From Camelus dromedarius (taxonomy: Eukaryota): a stretch of DNA of 64,000 nt. The notes under the pieces were generated by a model, which saw only the letters and a program-made list of their open reading frames with translations, did not search any database and had not been told where the DNA came from. Positions within the stretch are counted from its first letter, which is position 1. Each line of letters starts with the position of its first letter. A program made the translations under genes and the position numbers. This document shows, piece after piece, positions 24,461-37,767 of this stretch. The stretch spans positions 49,602,001 through 49,666,000 of the forward strand of contig NC_087447.1 in assembly GCF_036321535.1 (NCBI RefSeq), written 5' to 3'.

Positions 24461-27199
24461 GGACTGGCAGTTCTAATTTCTGGGCCTCATTTTCACAATA
24501 TCTAAAATGAGGCTGGAAAAACTCAATCCACTCAGTCATTCATGGGACCTCACATATGGTCGCATGCCTGCCGTGTGTGACTATTAAACGAGACAATGCA
24601 TCAAACAGCGTGCCTGGTACCTTGTGGCCAAATAACATCTGTTCCCTTTTGTTATGATGGAGACACTTTGTAACACTGAATCCTTAAGGTTAATCCCTCC
24701 CTTTGATAGCAGAGGGCTTGCTTCTTGTACTGCCAGAATCTCAATCACTTTAGATGAAAATCCTTATGAAATGTCTAAATGCCTGTGGATCACAAACAAG
24801 CAAAATGTACTGAATACAATTGGACGTCACCATGAGGACTTGTGTTGGGATACGATGTGGAGGAGAGTCTTCATGTGTTTGGTGTGAGTGGCTATTGGTC
24901 CTTACCCCATGTGACCCCCATCTGCTGCTTTTTGAGTCAGTGTGTCAGATCGCTTGTTCATAGCAATCTCTCTCCTGGTTTCTAATCAGCTGTGTCTGAT
25001 CTGTTGCAGGACTGGAGAGTAGATGGTGACAGTATTCAAAACAGGGTAAAATAAGTGTAGCTGCTGAGGTAGGCCGCAGGGTCCATCTTGTTTGCTGAGT
25101 ACGTGACATTCGATGCACAAGCTCTGTGGTTCTGAGGTCTTAATCAGACCTCTTCTCATTTGGGGCCGTGAGAAGCTGTGTTGTGAGAAAGGAAGAGTCA
25201 GTGTATGAATATCTATGGAGTTAGGTTTTCCTGTGCCTCTCTCACCCTCGTGGTAACTCCCTTCTTCAGGGCTCAGAGATGAGTGCCATGAACAAGAAGT
25301 CACAGGTGACAGTAGAAAAAGCTTAGACTGCGACGGAGATCCACGAATTCTAGCCTAAGCTCTGCCACTAGGTAGCAGCTGAGCAGGCCTCTCCCCACTG
25401 AGCCTTAGTGTCCTCTGTTGTCAAATAAAATTGACCAATGTCCTTTGGCTCTGAGGCTCTCTGAGTGGAGAAAGCTGGTTTGGTAACGTGCTGGTCATTT
25501 GCCCTCCTGAGGGGAACTGGCACATGTGTGAGTAGAGTGACCAGTTTCTTAAGAGACCCTGCCCTAAGCTTCAGACTTGCCTTTCCACCAGCTCAGACTC
25601 AGCATCCCTAGAACCAAATCATCTTGTCTCCTCTGCCAAATTGTCTTCTCTTCTTGGATTCCTCACTGCTCAATTTCACCCTTTCCTTCTTTCATTCACA
25701 AAACATTTACTGAGTGCTTAAGGTCTGCCTGGCAGGATGCTGAACTCTGTGGAAGCCTAACTGAGTAACAGGCCCTGGGCTCAAGGTGTGGGAAGAGGAG
25801 GGACTGGAGGTTACTCCGGGACAACAGGATAGGAGCTACGCAGGAGAAGGGAGTGGGGAGCACAGCGGAGGAACTCATAGCCAGCCTGGGAATTGGGGAC
25901 GGCTGGGGGGAGGTTCTGGAGGGAGTCACAGAGGCTGACAATTGTCCAGAAGAGGGGGGTTCCGAGTAGAATGGGGAGCACACAAAGAGGCTCATGAGAT
26001 GCACAGCCCCCCCTCCCCCGGGCCATGCAGGCAGTTCAGATGGCTAGGCTGAAGCTTGGTGGGGAAGGACACAAGAGGTCCTGCCAGCCAGCTGAGGGGA
26101 TGGTCTAGGCTATAACAAGGAGTTGCCAAATGACTTCAAGCCACAGACGAGTGTGGCTACATTCGTTTTGGGAAAGAGAATTTGGCAGCAGTGTGAATGG
26201 AGACAGAAGGGGAGAGTTGGGGCAGGAGGCCAGGAAGGCTGTGCAGTGAGTCAGGAGGAAATTGGAGGCCGGAACCAGGATGGTGGCAGCGGGAACGGAA
26301 CACAGCAGTGAGTCAAGAGGGACATGGGCAGAATTTGAAAATGGCTGAGCTGGGGGAGGCCAGGATCAGACTGGGATTTGGGTTGGTGGGTGGAGGTGCT
26401 ACCCACTGAGACGGGGAACCTGGGAAGAGACGGGAATTGGGGGGAGGGTTGACACCCTCCTGATTCTGTTAGGGGCAGCCACCCCCTTGGCTTCAAGACT
26501 GCTTTCTAATCCTCTCTCCTCCTCCTTTCTCCATCTCCATAGGTTCAAATGGTCACCGTGACCTGACTTCTGAGCCATTCTGGCTCTGCACACAGGCCCT
26601 GCGCTGGTGTGGGCTGCATCTGGGGTTCTGGCCACCATCACCTGCCTGAGGCGCCAGGCCCTCCCTCCTGCTGCCCACCCTTCAGGACAGAAGCCCCTGA
26701 TACTTGGTCTTGATCTCCCAGTAGCCAAAGCAGTAACAACCTGGCTCCCAAAATATGATGGCAGAAACCTGGATTCTCTGCCCCCACCTCCGCCTGCCTA
26801 CAGAATTAGGGCTGAGATAGGTATACACTGGCCCTAAGCACTGTTTCTGGGTCATCTCTTCCAGGCCGGCCTCTGCAGTGGCCCCTGTGGGCTGGCAAGT
26901 GTCTCATGTGAGCATTATCTGTGGGGCGTGTCCTTATCTGTGGGGACAGCTCAGTAACCCTGGTCTTGAACAACTCTGGCAAATCATCTTCATATGGGAT
27001 GTGTTAATGAGTCCCATAATAATTTCACTGTTACTATGACAGTTGTTAGGTTTAAACCCAAATTCTATTACCTAGCACTTTCTTTGAACGCTCCACAAAA
27101 TCTTCCCAGTCACATGCAACAAGTAATTGTATGTCATAAATAAAGAAGTAAGGTACTATTCATTAGTTACCTTTTATAAGCTAGAAGGTTGTTTTTGTA

Positions 27200-27380
27200 T
27201 ATTCTCTATAACCCTTACAACAACTCTGAAAGGAAATAGTATTATTTCCCTTTTACAAAAGAGGATAGCCCAGGCTCAGAGAGGTTAAGCGACTTGTACA
27301 AGGCCACAGAGCTGCCAAATAGAAGAGCTGATTCTCAGCCCAGGTGGGTCAGGGCTCACAGCCCACATCCTTCCCATTGC
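27200..27380. mobile_element. MIR SINE (representative; others near 5150-5290, 7290-7420, 9290-9600, 12880-13030, 34600-34760, 35580-35790, 36280-36480)
   Basis: MIR core ggctcagagaggttaagcgacttgtacaaggccacagagct. Confidence 0.7.
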
Positions 27381-30300
27381 ACTCAGGAAATGTGATGGAG
27401 CTGCAGTGTGCTCACTGGCCCTTGCCTAGGGGTGCTTGTGTGGGGTCCAGCCTAATGTATACAATGCGGTGGAGGGTTTATATGACACAGATTGGCCAGA
27501 GGATACCCAAGCTCCTCTAGCCCTGAGATGCTCCATCCAGAGCAGTATGGGCCACACTCTCAGGTCAGTCACATCCAGTGCCTCTTGCCATGAATTTGTG
27601 GTCCGCTGTAACCATCAATTCCCCTTTCTGTGCTACCAGATTTCAGCTTTCTCATTCATTCACTCATTTGGCATTTGCCAAACTCCAGCCATGGCTGTTT
27701 CATATAGCCCATAGAAAGGAGGAAGCCAAGGTTGAGGTCTCTATAGTTTAGTGAGTTGGTCAGGGTCTGTCCACATGTGACCCTAAGAAAGGGCAGAATG
27801 AAGCAAATAGGACAGAGCTCAGAAGGAAAGAGGAAAAAGGATGCTTTACTCTGAGGGGTGAAGCGGGGAAGGGGGCACTGGAAGATGTAGACAGAGAAGT
27901 GGATGAGGGAATCAGGCAGCAGGGTGGTTTGTGAGGCAGGCTCAGAGAGCAGGTGAACTGCTCAGGGAGCAGGAGGGTGTGGTTCATGGAGGGAAGGATG
28001 TCATGGTGACCAGGCTGGGCAGGAGCTGGGAGCAGGCTGTACAGAGCCTGGAATACCATGCCTGGATGCTTGTGGGAGGCCTGGGGAACTGCTGGATGCA
28101 TCTGAGCGAGGCAGCAATGTTCCTATTCCTCCACTGACAGTGTCATCCTCCTCTCAGACTGCCCCAATCAGAAATGATTCTTCCCATCAAAAGGGGTTTT
28201 AAACCTTTTTAAAGGCAGAGAGGTTCATGTTAGCGAGGCAGAGAGCGCTGGTGTGATTTGAGCCTAGGAAGCTCAAGTTCCCAGCAGGGATGAGGCATCA
28301 AGTGAATGGACAAGGTCATGTCTGGGTTGAAAGAATCCGAGGGGAAACATTTTGCAGCCTTCACTAGAAGGTAGCAAAGCCTCCTGTGCAGCAAAGCTGG
28401 ATAAGATATACATGCCTGGGGGCCAGGTCCCAAGCAGAAACAAAGACACTCAGGCCCTCACAGGAGAAAATGATGTCTCAGTGCACCCAGCACATGCAGG
28501 GCCCAGGGAAGCGCAGGCAGAGGTGGAGATGGGACAAGCATAGAGCTGGGCCAGAACAGAGAAGGTGGTTCACTGTCAAGAGTACAGGCTCTGCAATAAG
28601 ATAAACCCTGCCTCCATTCTGGCTCTGTCCCTCAGATCAGTCCCTCACTTGCCCTGAACTGCAGTGAGTTCATTTGGAAAGGATTTACACAAGGCCTGTT
28701 TCCCAGGATTGACATGGGTTAAATGAGAATGTATTAGTTACAGAAGACCTGGACATCCATATCGGAATTACAAAACCTATGGTGGCTATCTCTGTAATAA
28801 TGTATTTGGTTTTCATTACAGAGTCACGTGCTCAAGAAAAATGATTGAACATCTTCTGCATTCCAGTCATGGAGCTGGAAATGCAGTGTGAACAGCCAGA
28901 TGCTGCTCCTGCCTCCACTGACCTTGTGGTTAGCGGGAAGGCCTACACAATTACACAGACATCAAATATCTGTCCAGCTACTGTTTTTTCTGACCACCGC
29001 AGTCAACACTCTGGTGCCCGAAGTTGGCAAGCTCTGGACAGCAGCTTCCAATGCTGGGCTCATTTCTGAATGCGTTTCACGTTAGACTTGAACAAAGTAG
29101 CATTCAATGAATGCCTGATTAATTGAATCTCCAAAACTGAGGGCCCACTATAAACAGATGTTCACTCCTTAAGGCCTTGTTCCACTTAGGCACGTTTTCT
29201 GCAGTGATTCAAGGGGCAGTACTGAAAGAGCAATTATAGAGGGAGAAGCTGAAGACAGGCGGGAGCTGGGTGATTGATGAAGCCGGGTCCCAGAAGCGGG
29301 AGGGGGAGGCATCAGGCGAATGGTGAGAGGGTTGGCCTTGGAGAGACAGCGTTGTAAAAGAAGAGAATAGAGGCTGTTTCCCCATTTCTCATTTGAAGAA
29401 GCCTGACATCTACAAGAAACAATGAAATAGAATTATAGAACATTTTACTGCTGTGAAGGATATCTGCATGTGTTAATTGGTATGAATCACTTCTTGACCG
29501 AAATGCAGTCTTAGAATAATAGATGACAGCCAACTACCATCATATATAAATTCCATTTCTCTGCCCATCAGCCCCAGATTTATTTATTATGTATCTAAGT
29601 CCCAGGGAACAATGATTCTTTCCCCATCCTCTTAACAACAAAATTCTCAACAACATTCCTCGACTGCTTCGTGAAGGCAGAAAACCATGCTTTTAAGTCT
29701 TAACAGTATAAAATCTTCCTGCAGATTTTCATCAGTAATTTATGTTGTCATGGAAACGTTAAGTCTTTGTTCAAAAATCCTGTCTACATTTGTTGTACTA
29801 AAGTGTTCCAGAAGGAGGGAAGCAGTCTCCTTCTTGAACTCTGACGGAGGCAGTCAGTGAATGCTGTCAGTTGCCAAGCTATTGTCAGGAGTTGGCTGAA
29901 AAAAGTAGGATTTGTAGATTAAAAAGAAAAGAATGTCCCTGAGCCTAGAGGGCTGCAGGGGGCTTAGGGAGGCTTCTGGCTCCTTCAGAGGGGACTGAAT
30001 GATTTCCTCTTTCCACCAGAGATGACTGGATCAAGAGAGGAGATTCAAAATCTACATGTGTGCATATCCTGCATGCATCTTTCAGCTTCTCTTGTGTGAA
30101 AGGGAGAAAAGGGACTTTCACAGAGAATGCCAACACTCTCATCATTCAGAATTGCTCTTCTTACCCATTAAAATCCAATAAGCACATGTACACCATGTAT
30201 GATGGTTTTCTAAAATGAGGAAAGCAAACGCTGGGCAAAAAAAAGTGTCCGGATGTAAAGAAAAGTTTGAAGCTAATGTAATGTGAAGAGGGAATGAGAG

Positions 30301-31149
30301 GAAAAGATTCCTCCTTTCTCTTACATGGAAAGATCTGGTCTGGGCATCAGTTGGCAATGGCAAGAGCTGGGACTTCAGTCCCCTCATTAGGTAAATGGCT
30401 CATTCTGCAGGGAACCGCTGTCTCAGGCTGTCCTGGGCTGCACTGGGCTCACTGGCCCCTGTGCACCTGGGAAATAGTGTCTCACACAGAGAAAGCCATG
30501 AGCACAATATGTACAAACTTGTGAGGGCTGAAAGTTAAAAGTGAAAACTGCTCAACCTAGGAGTCAATCTGATTCTACACAAATTAATTTAGGTTGCAGT
30601 ATCCAGCAGGCACTCTGCTAGGAACTGTAGGAAGGAATAAGGGTGCAAAAATAAGAAACCTACAGTTAGCAGAAGTGGAGGACCGGGGAGGGGAGCATGG
30701 TGATTAAGGTGAGCACACATACAAATACACGTCATGTAGAAAAGAGTAAGAGCTGGATGAGAGGGTATAGGAAAATTACAACTACTCCCTCCTCACCCCC
30801 CCCACCCATGTTCACAGTAGTAGCTGGGTTTCTCAGTCGTAGGAATGCAGGGGTGGTTGTGCTGCAAGACCACAGAGTTATCCTGTTGAGACTACTCTCT
30901 TCTGGATGGTTGGGTCCCTGAGGACCTGTGTCCACACTTGCAGAAAGATGGCTCCTAAGACACGAAATGGGAACTCAACTGAGAGTTGCCCTGAAAAGGT
31001 AGGAAAAAGTGCTGCCTTCTTCTAGGTAAACCTAGAATTCTGGGAGGACATTCCTATGAGATGATCTTGGTAAATCTTGATAAACCCATGTTTCCTTATT
31101 CTTTGTTCTGTGTATAGAAGGGACTTGATAAATATTTTTAACTTGATAA

Positions 31150-33210
31150 ATATTTTTTAACTTGATAAATATTCATTATCTGTTAAGATAATCATATGGT
31201 TTCTGTTCTTTATTCTATGAAAATAGCAGATTACATTAATTTATTTTTGTATGTTAAACCAAGCTTACATTCCTAGAATAAACCTCACTTGCTAATGGTG
31301 TTTAAATCTTCTTATATGTTGCTTATATAGATTTGATTTGCTTATCTTTTATTAAGGATTTTAATTTCCATATTCATGAGTAATATTGACCTATAGTTTT
31401 CTTATAATGTGTTTGACTGGCTTGGTATCAGGGTAATATCTAATTCTACCCATCTCAAAATGAGTTAGAAAGTATTCTTTCTTCCTCTATTTTTAAAGAG
31501 ATTGTTAGAATTTGGGTATTTTTTTTTTTCTTTAATGTTTAATAGAATTCAACAGTGTGAATTTCAATTCTAGTGTTTGATAGACAATCACCAGGGGCTG
31601 GATTATCTTTATGGAAAGATTTAAAATTACTAATTCAATTTCTTTACTTAGTATACATTTATTCTGATTTTCTATTTCTTTTTGAGTCAGTTTTTGTGAT
31701 TTTCATCTTTCTAAGAATTTGTCCATTTCATCTATATTGTCAAATTTATTGACATAAAGTTGTTCCCAGTATCTCCTTATAATGGAGCTATACTTTAAAG
31801 AGTAAATTAGCATAGGTCTGAAGAAGTCATAAAACGATGTTATCTTCAGCACCAATTTTATCTGTTAAAATTTTGATATTCTTGTACATACTTGCACACA
31901 CACACATATATACATATGTATAAAAATCTTCCAAGGCTGAGTTTTTCAGAGATAAAAGAACACATACAAAAATATATATGTATATGCATACGTGTCTGAA
32001 TAAGTATACATAGGTGTGTCTATGAATAGGCAAGTATACATGAATATGTACATACATGTGAACATATGCTCTGTGTGTGTGTGTTCCAGCAACGTGCCCA
32101 GCATATAAAAATGCCCTAAACAAGATAGCTTATATTGTTTTCAGTAAGGCCTCTGGTAGCATATAAAGCACCTTGTGTATGCTGGGGGGAAAAAAAAAGA
32201 GTACATTCTGAATGAGTACATTATCAAAAGATGCCAGTTCCTCCTGGGTTATACAAGCCAGTCCCACGGCTACTAGCATGATATTTTTGAGATTCATCAA
32301 TACTGCTTCATTCCTTATTATTGCTGAGTATTATTCCATTGTATAGATTTACCATTTCTTTTGTTTATTCATTACTTGATGAGTATTTGGGTTGTTCCCA
32401 ACATTTTGGCTACCATGAATAATACTGTTAACATTTGTGTATCAGTTGTTTATACATGTGTGTTTTCATTTGTCTTTGGTACTTAGGAGCAGAATTGCTG
32501 TGTCATGTGGTGAGTGTATGGTTAACCTAGAAGCAAATTTTTTCCAAAGCAGCTGTACCGTTTTACAGTCCCATCTGCAGTATATAAAAGATCCAGTTGC
32601 CTCACATTCTTGCCAGCATTCACTGTTGCCAGTGTTCTTTGTTTTAGCCATTTCAGTGCGTATGTGGTGGTATTTCATGTGGTTTTAATTTGTATCTTCC
32701 TACAAATCGTGGTATTGACCATCCTTTCAGGTACTTATTTGCCATTTGTATATCTTCTTTAGTAAGGTGTCTATTAATTCTTTTCCCATTTTAAAATTGG
32801 GTTGTCTGTCTTCTTATTATTGAGTTTTAAGAGATCTTTAAATATTTTGGATACAAATTTTTATCAAATATATGTTTTGCAAATATTTTCTCTCAGACTG
32901 TGGTTTGTCTTTTCCTTGTCTTAACAGTGTCTTTTGAATAGTAAAAATGTTTAAATTTGATGAACTGAATTTATCTTTTTTTATTTTATTGTTTTTGGGT
33001 TTTGTGTCATATCTAGAAATCTTGGTCTACTCCAAGGTCACAAAGGTTTTTTTCCATATCTTCTTTCTGAAGTTGTATCATTTTAGGGTTTACATTTAGT
33101 TTAAGTCTCTAGTTCATTTCTAATTAATATGTGTGTGTGATGTAAGGTAATGGCTGAGATTAATTTTCTTTCTGTTTAAATATCCAGTTTTCCCAGCACT
33201 ATTTATTGAA
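31150..33210 (-). mobile_element. Old L1M fragments (ORF2 and 3' region), interrupted
   Basis: T-rich antisense L1 motifs (ttggtatcagggtaat, tattccattgtatag, ccagttttcccagcactatttattgaaaag). Confidence 0.75.
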
Positions 33211-36200
33211 AAGGTCTGCATTCCTGAGACAGGCAAGGGTCGGGCTGTTACTAGAGCCTGCCTGACCCTCCGGGCCATATCCCGGTCCACAAACATGACT
33301 GAACACAGTACCTCGCACACAGCAGGCGCCTAGACAATATAAATCCTGTTCCACGCCTCTGAGCCTCTGCTAGCTCTCCTGTGCAGTAGGCACTCATGAA
33401 GCATTCCTGAGTAACAGCAAGTAGGAACGTGTCTTTCAGGAACCTTCTGCCACATGGGGCAGGGGCCCCAGCCAACACAAGAAAGCAAAGGTGGACGGCA
33501 GGGCCTGAGGAGAGCAAGTGCTCTGGAACTGAAGGCCCCACCAAGGAATCTGAGTGGGTTTAGAAGGTGATAGGGGTTTTTGGAAAAGAGGCACTGACAT
33601 TTCTGGAGGAAGCACTGGAATTCTGCAATCCTTTCCTCCTCCGAGCATTCCAGGGCTGCTCATAGGAAGAAGATCCCATCCATAAACTCAATGAACGCAG
33701 CTTCGGTGCTCAGAGCTGTCCTAGCTGCTCCCTCCCCAGCAGCCTGGGGTGGCAGGTTCCAGCTGGTAAGGTCACGAGCTTTCTGCTGGGCAAGCAAAGC
33801 CCTTCAAAACACCTAGTCTTTGGGGGAAGCAATTAGTATTTCATAGGCAACCTCCTCCAGATCAGTGCCCTGCCTTCCTTCTCTGACACACTGTGAGGGT
33901 TATCAGGCTGGCGACTGACAGGGAGAGAAGAGAAGGGATGTGTCAGGCCCACAGTGAGCCACATGCTTCACAAAAACACGCTCTCGCCTTTAATCCCCAG
34001 TCAGGCTGAGGACTCCCACCCCAGCCCCGTGGCACATCCTCCCTGCTCCATCATCCCTTGATCGGTCTGCATCCTCCTCTAACTGGAGGTCCCTGAAGGA
34101 AGGAGTTGTGACCCCAGAGCTGAGTCCAGGGCCAGGCACAGAGCAGACACCCAGAAAAGGCTTGTTGAGTGAACAGAATTGCATGAGGACCACAGAGCAG
34201 CAGAGCTGGACAGGCACCTGGAGACTCTCACCTTATTTTACAGCTGAGGGTTACAGAAGGGGCAGTGGAGGCAAAGAAGGTGGAGTGGTGAGGTAGGAAC
34301 ATGTGCTGGACTTGGACTTGACTCGAGGTAGCAGGAGCCACTTGAGACTTTGGACCAAGGGAGTGACATGATGATGTGGCCTGGGAGGTACTTTGCTTGA
34401 GTGACTCAGGCCACGTGGGGACAATGACAGGCTGGGGATAGGGAGAGACTGGAGGCTGCAGATCCACGTCTGCTTTAGTTAATGATGACAGAATTACAAA
34501 CTTAGCATCAACTCTGCTAGCAAATTACTGAATTCCTCACTGAGTGCCTATAGCAGTTACAAGGTGGCTTTCCTCTACTGAGGGCCTGCAGGTGCCAGGG
34601 CTTTGCTCTCATTACTTAATCCTCAGAACTACCTTTTTGGATGGACACAATTACTTTCCATTTCAACGATGAAGACATGAAGCTCAGAGAGGAAAAGTTA
34701 CTGTCTAAGGCCTCAGAGAGGCTACGAGCCAGGCACTGAGTCAGCACTGGGGAGAGCGGATAAGGTGCTCCCCGTAGTGAGGGCAGAGGAGAAAGATAAG
34801 CAGCCTTGAGGCCTGTGGTCTGAGAGGTGCTGTAACAGAGAAACACGGAGGGGCAGAGAAGCCAGAGCAGGGCCCCTAACCACTCTTTGGGGGTGATGGA
34901 TGAAGTCTTGTTGTGACAGGTGACAGGAGAAATGCATCACATGTTGGAAACAGGCCTATCATCCTGTACTTATCTTTACTCTTTTGGGAGCAAAACCAGA
35001 CTATGCAAAAATCTAAAAAGAAACAACTAAAAGCAGAAGGACAAGTATGCAGAGCACTGCTGCACGAGATTCAAAAATCACCTTCGTGCTTATAATCATT
35101 TAACACAGAGGCTCCCGCCTGTGATTTCCCACCAGTGGGATTAGCCCCATCTTCCTGCCGCAGGAAACTCTGGGGCCTTAGGAGAGTCCCAGGGATCCTG
35201 GGAGAGAGACGGCTGACAGTCCAGCAGCAGATGGCCCCACACAGGCCCACCACTTAATTAGGCTGCTGTGGGGGACCATGTAAGAGACACACAAGTTAGG
35301 GGGTGGGGACAGGCACCTAGGGTGCTGTTGCAGGAGAGCCGGTATCAAAGGGGGTCAGGGACTGCGACACCTCTAAACAGCCACTACCCTGCACAAACTG
35401 CTGTGCTTGTATATCCCCTGTGCATTGGTATGTGTCTATGTGTGTCGCTCTGGCCAAACAGTAAGAGGGGTTGGCAACAAAAGGATGTGAAAATGAGGCA
35501 TCTTCCTAGTTAGAGACTGATCTGCTTTGAGATAAATCGTGATAGTGGTGATGACAGTGAAGACAGCTCGGATCACAGAGAGCCTTCTCAGTGCCGGGGG
35601 CCGCGTGAAGTCCATGCTATGCGTTCTCTCCTTTAACCCTCACAGAGGCCCTATGAGGCAGGCACTATTATTATCATTCTCATTTCACAGAGGAGGAAAC
35701 AGGAGCTGGGGGTGTTAAGCGTCATGACCTTGGAGAGCAGTAAGTGGAGTTGCTGGGGATAAAGGGACGCACCTTTATCAAGGCACCTGCAGGCTGAGAT
35801 CTGCAGTGATGAATGGGGGGCCAAAGAACCCCACACAGCGCCCACAAGAGTCCACCCCACACACCTGCGCCCAGAGAGCACAAGTCACCGTGACTGTGCC
35901 AGGCCAGGCAGGAACTCTCCTGCTTCCCGCCCTTGGCTCTTGCTCCCTGAACTCCAACCCTGGGCAAGTTAGACACACAGGAGGGGAAAAGGACAGATAG
36001 GGTACAAGCGTCCACCACAGGCTTCTGCTCTGGAGCGGGTGGAGCTGCAGGAAGGGAGAAGTCTTTAAATAGACTGACATTTAATTACGTGGGACTGGAC
36101 TTTTTAATGACTAGAGTACTTTCATTCACTGAAATCTGCTGTACAAGTGATGAGACTTGCCCAAAATTTCATGTCATGGTAGGGGAAGAACTTGTTCTAC

Positions 36201-37521
36201 AGAACAAATTTAAAGGGATAATGGAGGCAAAAACAGTCACCTTACAATTCTGTCCTCTAAGTGTTACAATTAGAGAAAACCTACTGTGTGCCAGAAACTT
36301 GAACAGTTGATTCACATACTTGATCTAATTTAACCTCAAACAAATTCTTCAAGATAGAAGCTACAATTCCTATTTCACACACTAGAACACGGAGGCTCAG
36401 AGAAGAAAAGTGCCCTAAAGCCACAGAGCTGGCAAGTGGCGGTGCTAGGACCCAGACACAGGAACCCGACTCTGGAATCTTTCTCCCACGTCTTTGCTGG
36501 GGACGCCAGCTGGTCAATCTGAGCTGAAGAAAGTGGCTCCCGGGATGGGAGCTTCTTTGACATCCTGAATCACAAGTACATTTATTCTGCATTAATTCTG
36601 CTCTCATCACTCAATAAAGACTTCACTACAAAGGATAAAAGGCTTTGCTCTAAATACTAAGTGACTCAGATGCATTTAAAATATTTTGAGACCAAAGGGA
36701 TTGTAAAGGAAACAGTTATTCCAAAGAGGCCATCAGCTGACTGGTTGTCAAAGGATTACTACAAATGGCAGGAATGATAACTAAGTAAAACAATGAAAGA
36801 GGCTGGATCTGGATCTGAATTCAAGCTGGTGAAACAAGGCTGGAGCTACACTGGCAGGGGTGCGGTGGTGCTCTCTTATTACAGGATGGGAGAGAATAAC
36901 AGGAGGGGAGCAAGGGCCGAGTGGGGAGAAGAGAAAAGAAGTCGAGGAGAGTAAATCTTGCAGACACAGGAGCAGAGTTAGATTCTTGCTCATAAGATAC
37001 ATATTTAATTTTAGTATTTTCTGTTAATACATTATAAATATCCATAGCAACGAGATATTTAGAGCCAGGCAAAGACCAGGACCTACCTTAGAGAAGATGC
37101 CTGACAAAAACACACAGCTGGATTTTGGTCTGTGTCTGTGTGAGTGTGTATGCACATGCTGTTGTGTTTATGATCACTATCACTGTCATTGTCATTGTCC
37201 TCATTGCCCTCTTATAACTGATCTTTCTGTCTCGCCCCATCCCTAAAATTTGCCTGCCAGAGTCAGAGAATGAGCAGGTGACTCAGGCTCACACACCTCC
37301 GACCTTCCTTAGTGAATCTCAGACCTTCATCTGGTTTTGGTATCAGGTAACACTGGCCTTACAGAATGAGTTGTGAAGTGTTCCCTCCTTGTCTGCGTTT
37401 TGGATGAGTTCGTGAAGGACTGGTATTAATTCTTTTTGAACGTTTGGTAGAATTCACCAGCTTATTATTATTATTATTATTGGTAAAATAATAGGGTTGA
37501 TACTCATTAATGGATACTGAG

Positions 37522-37767
37522 ATATAGAGAACAAACTAGTGGCTACCAGTGAGGACAGGGCTTGGGGGATAGGCAAGATGGGGCAGGGGATTAAATACAA
37601 GTTATTATGTATAAATACACTATGATATATTATACAGCACAGTCAATATTTTATAATAACTATAAATGGAGTGTAGTCTTTAAAAATTGAAAATCACTGT
37701 GCTGTATACCTGAAACACATATTATAGATCAACTATAAAGCTATAAATTTTTTTTAATTAAAAAAAA
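37522..37767 (+). mobile_element. 5'-truncated L1 3' end with A tail and target-site duplication
   Basis: TSD ggatactgag at 37512-37521 and 37768-37777. L1 3'UTR motifs gagaacaaactagtggctaccag and aatcactgtgctgtatacctgaaac. Confidence 0.85.

Noticed and set aside
34741..34761. REST/NRSE-like tcagcactggggagagcgga
   Set aside because: Several mismatches to the consensus, and it lies at the edge of a MIR.
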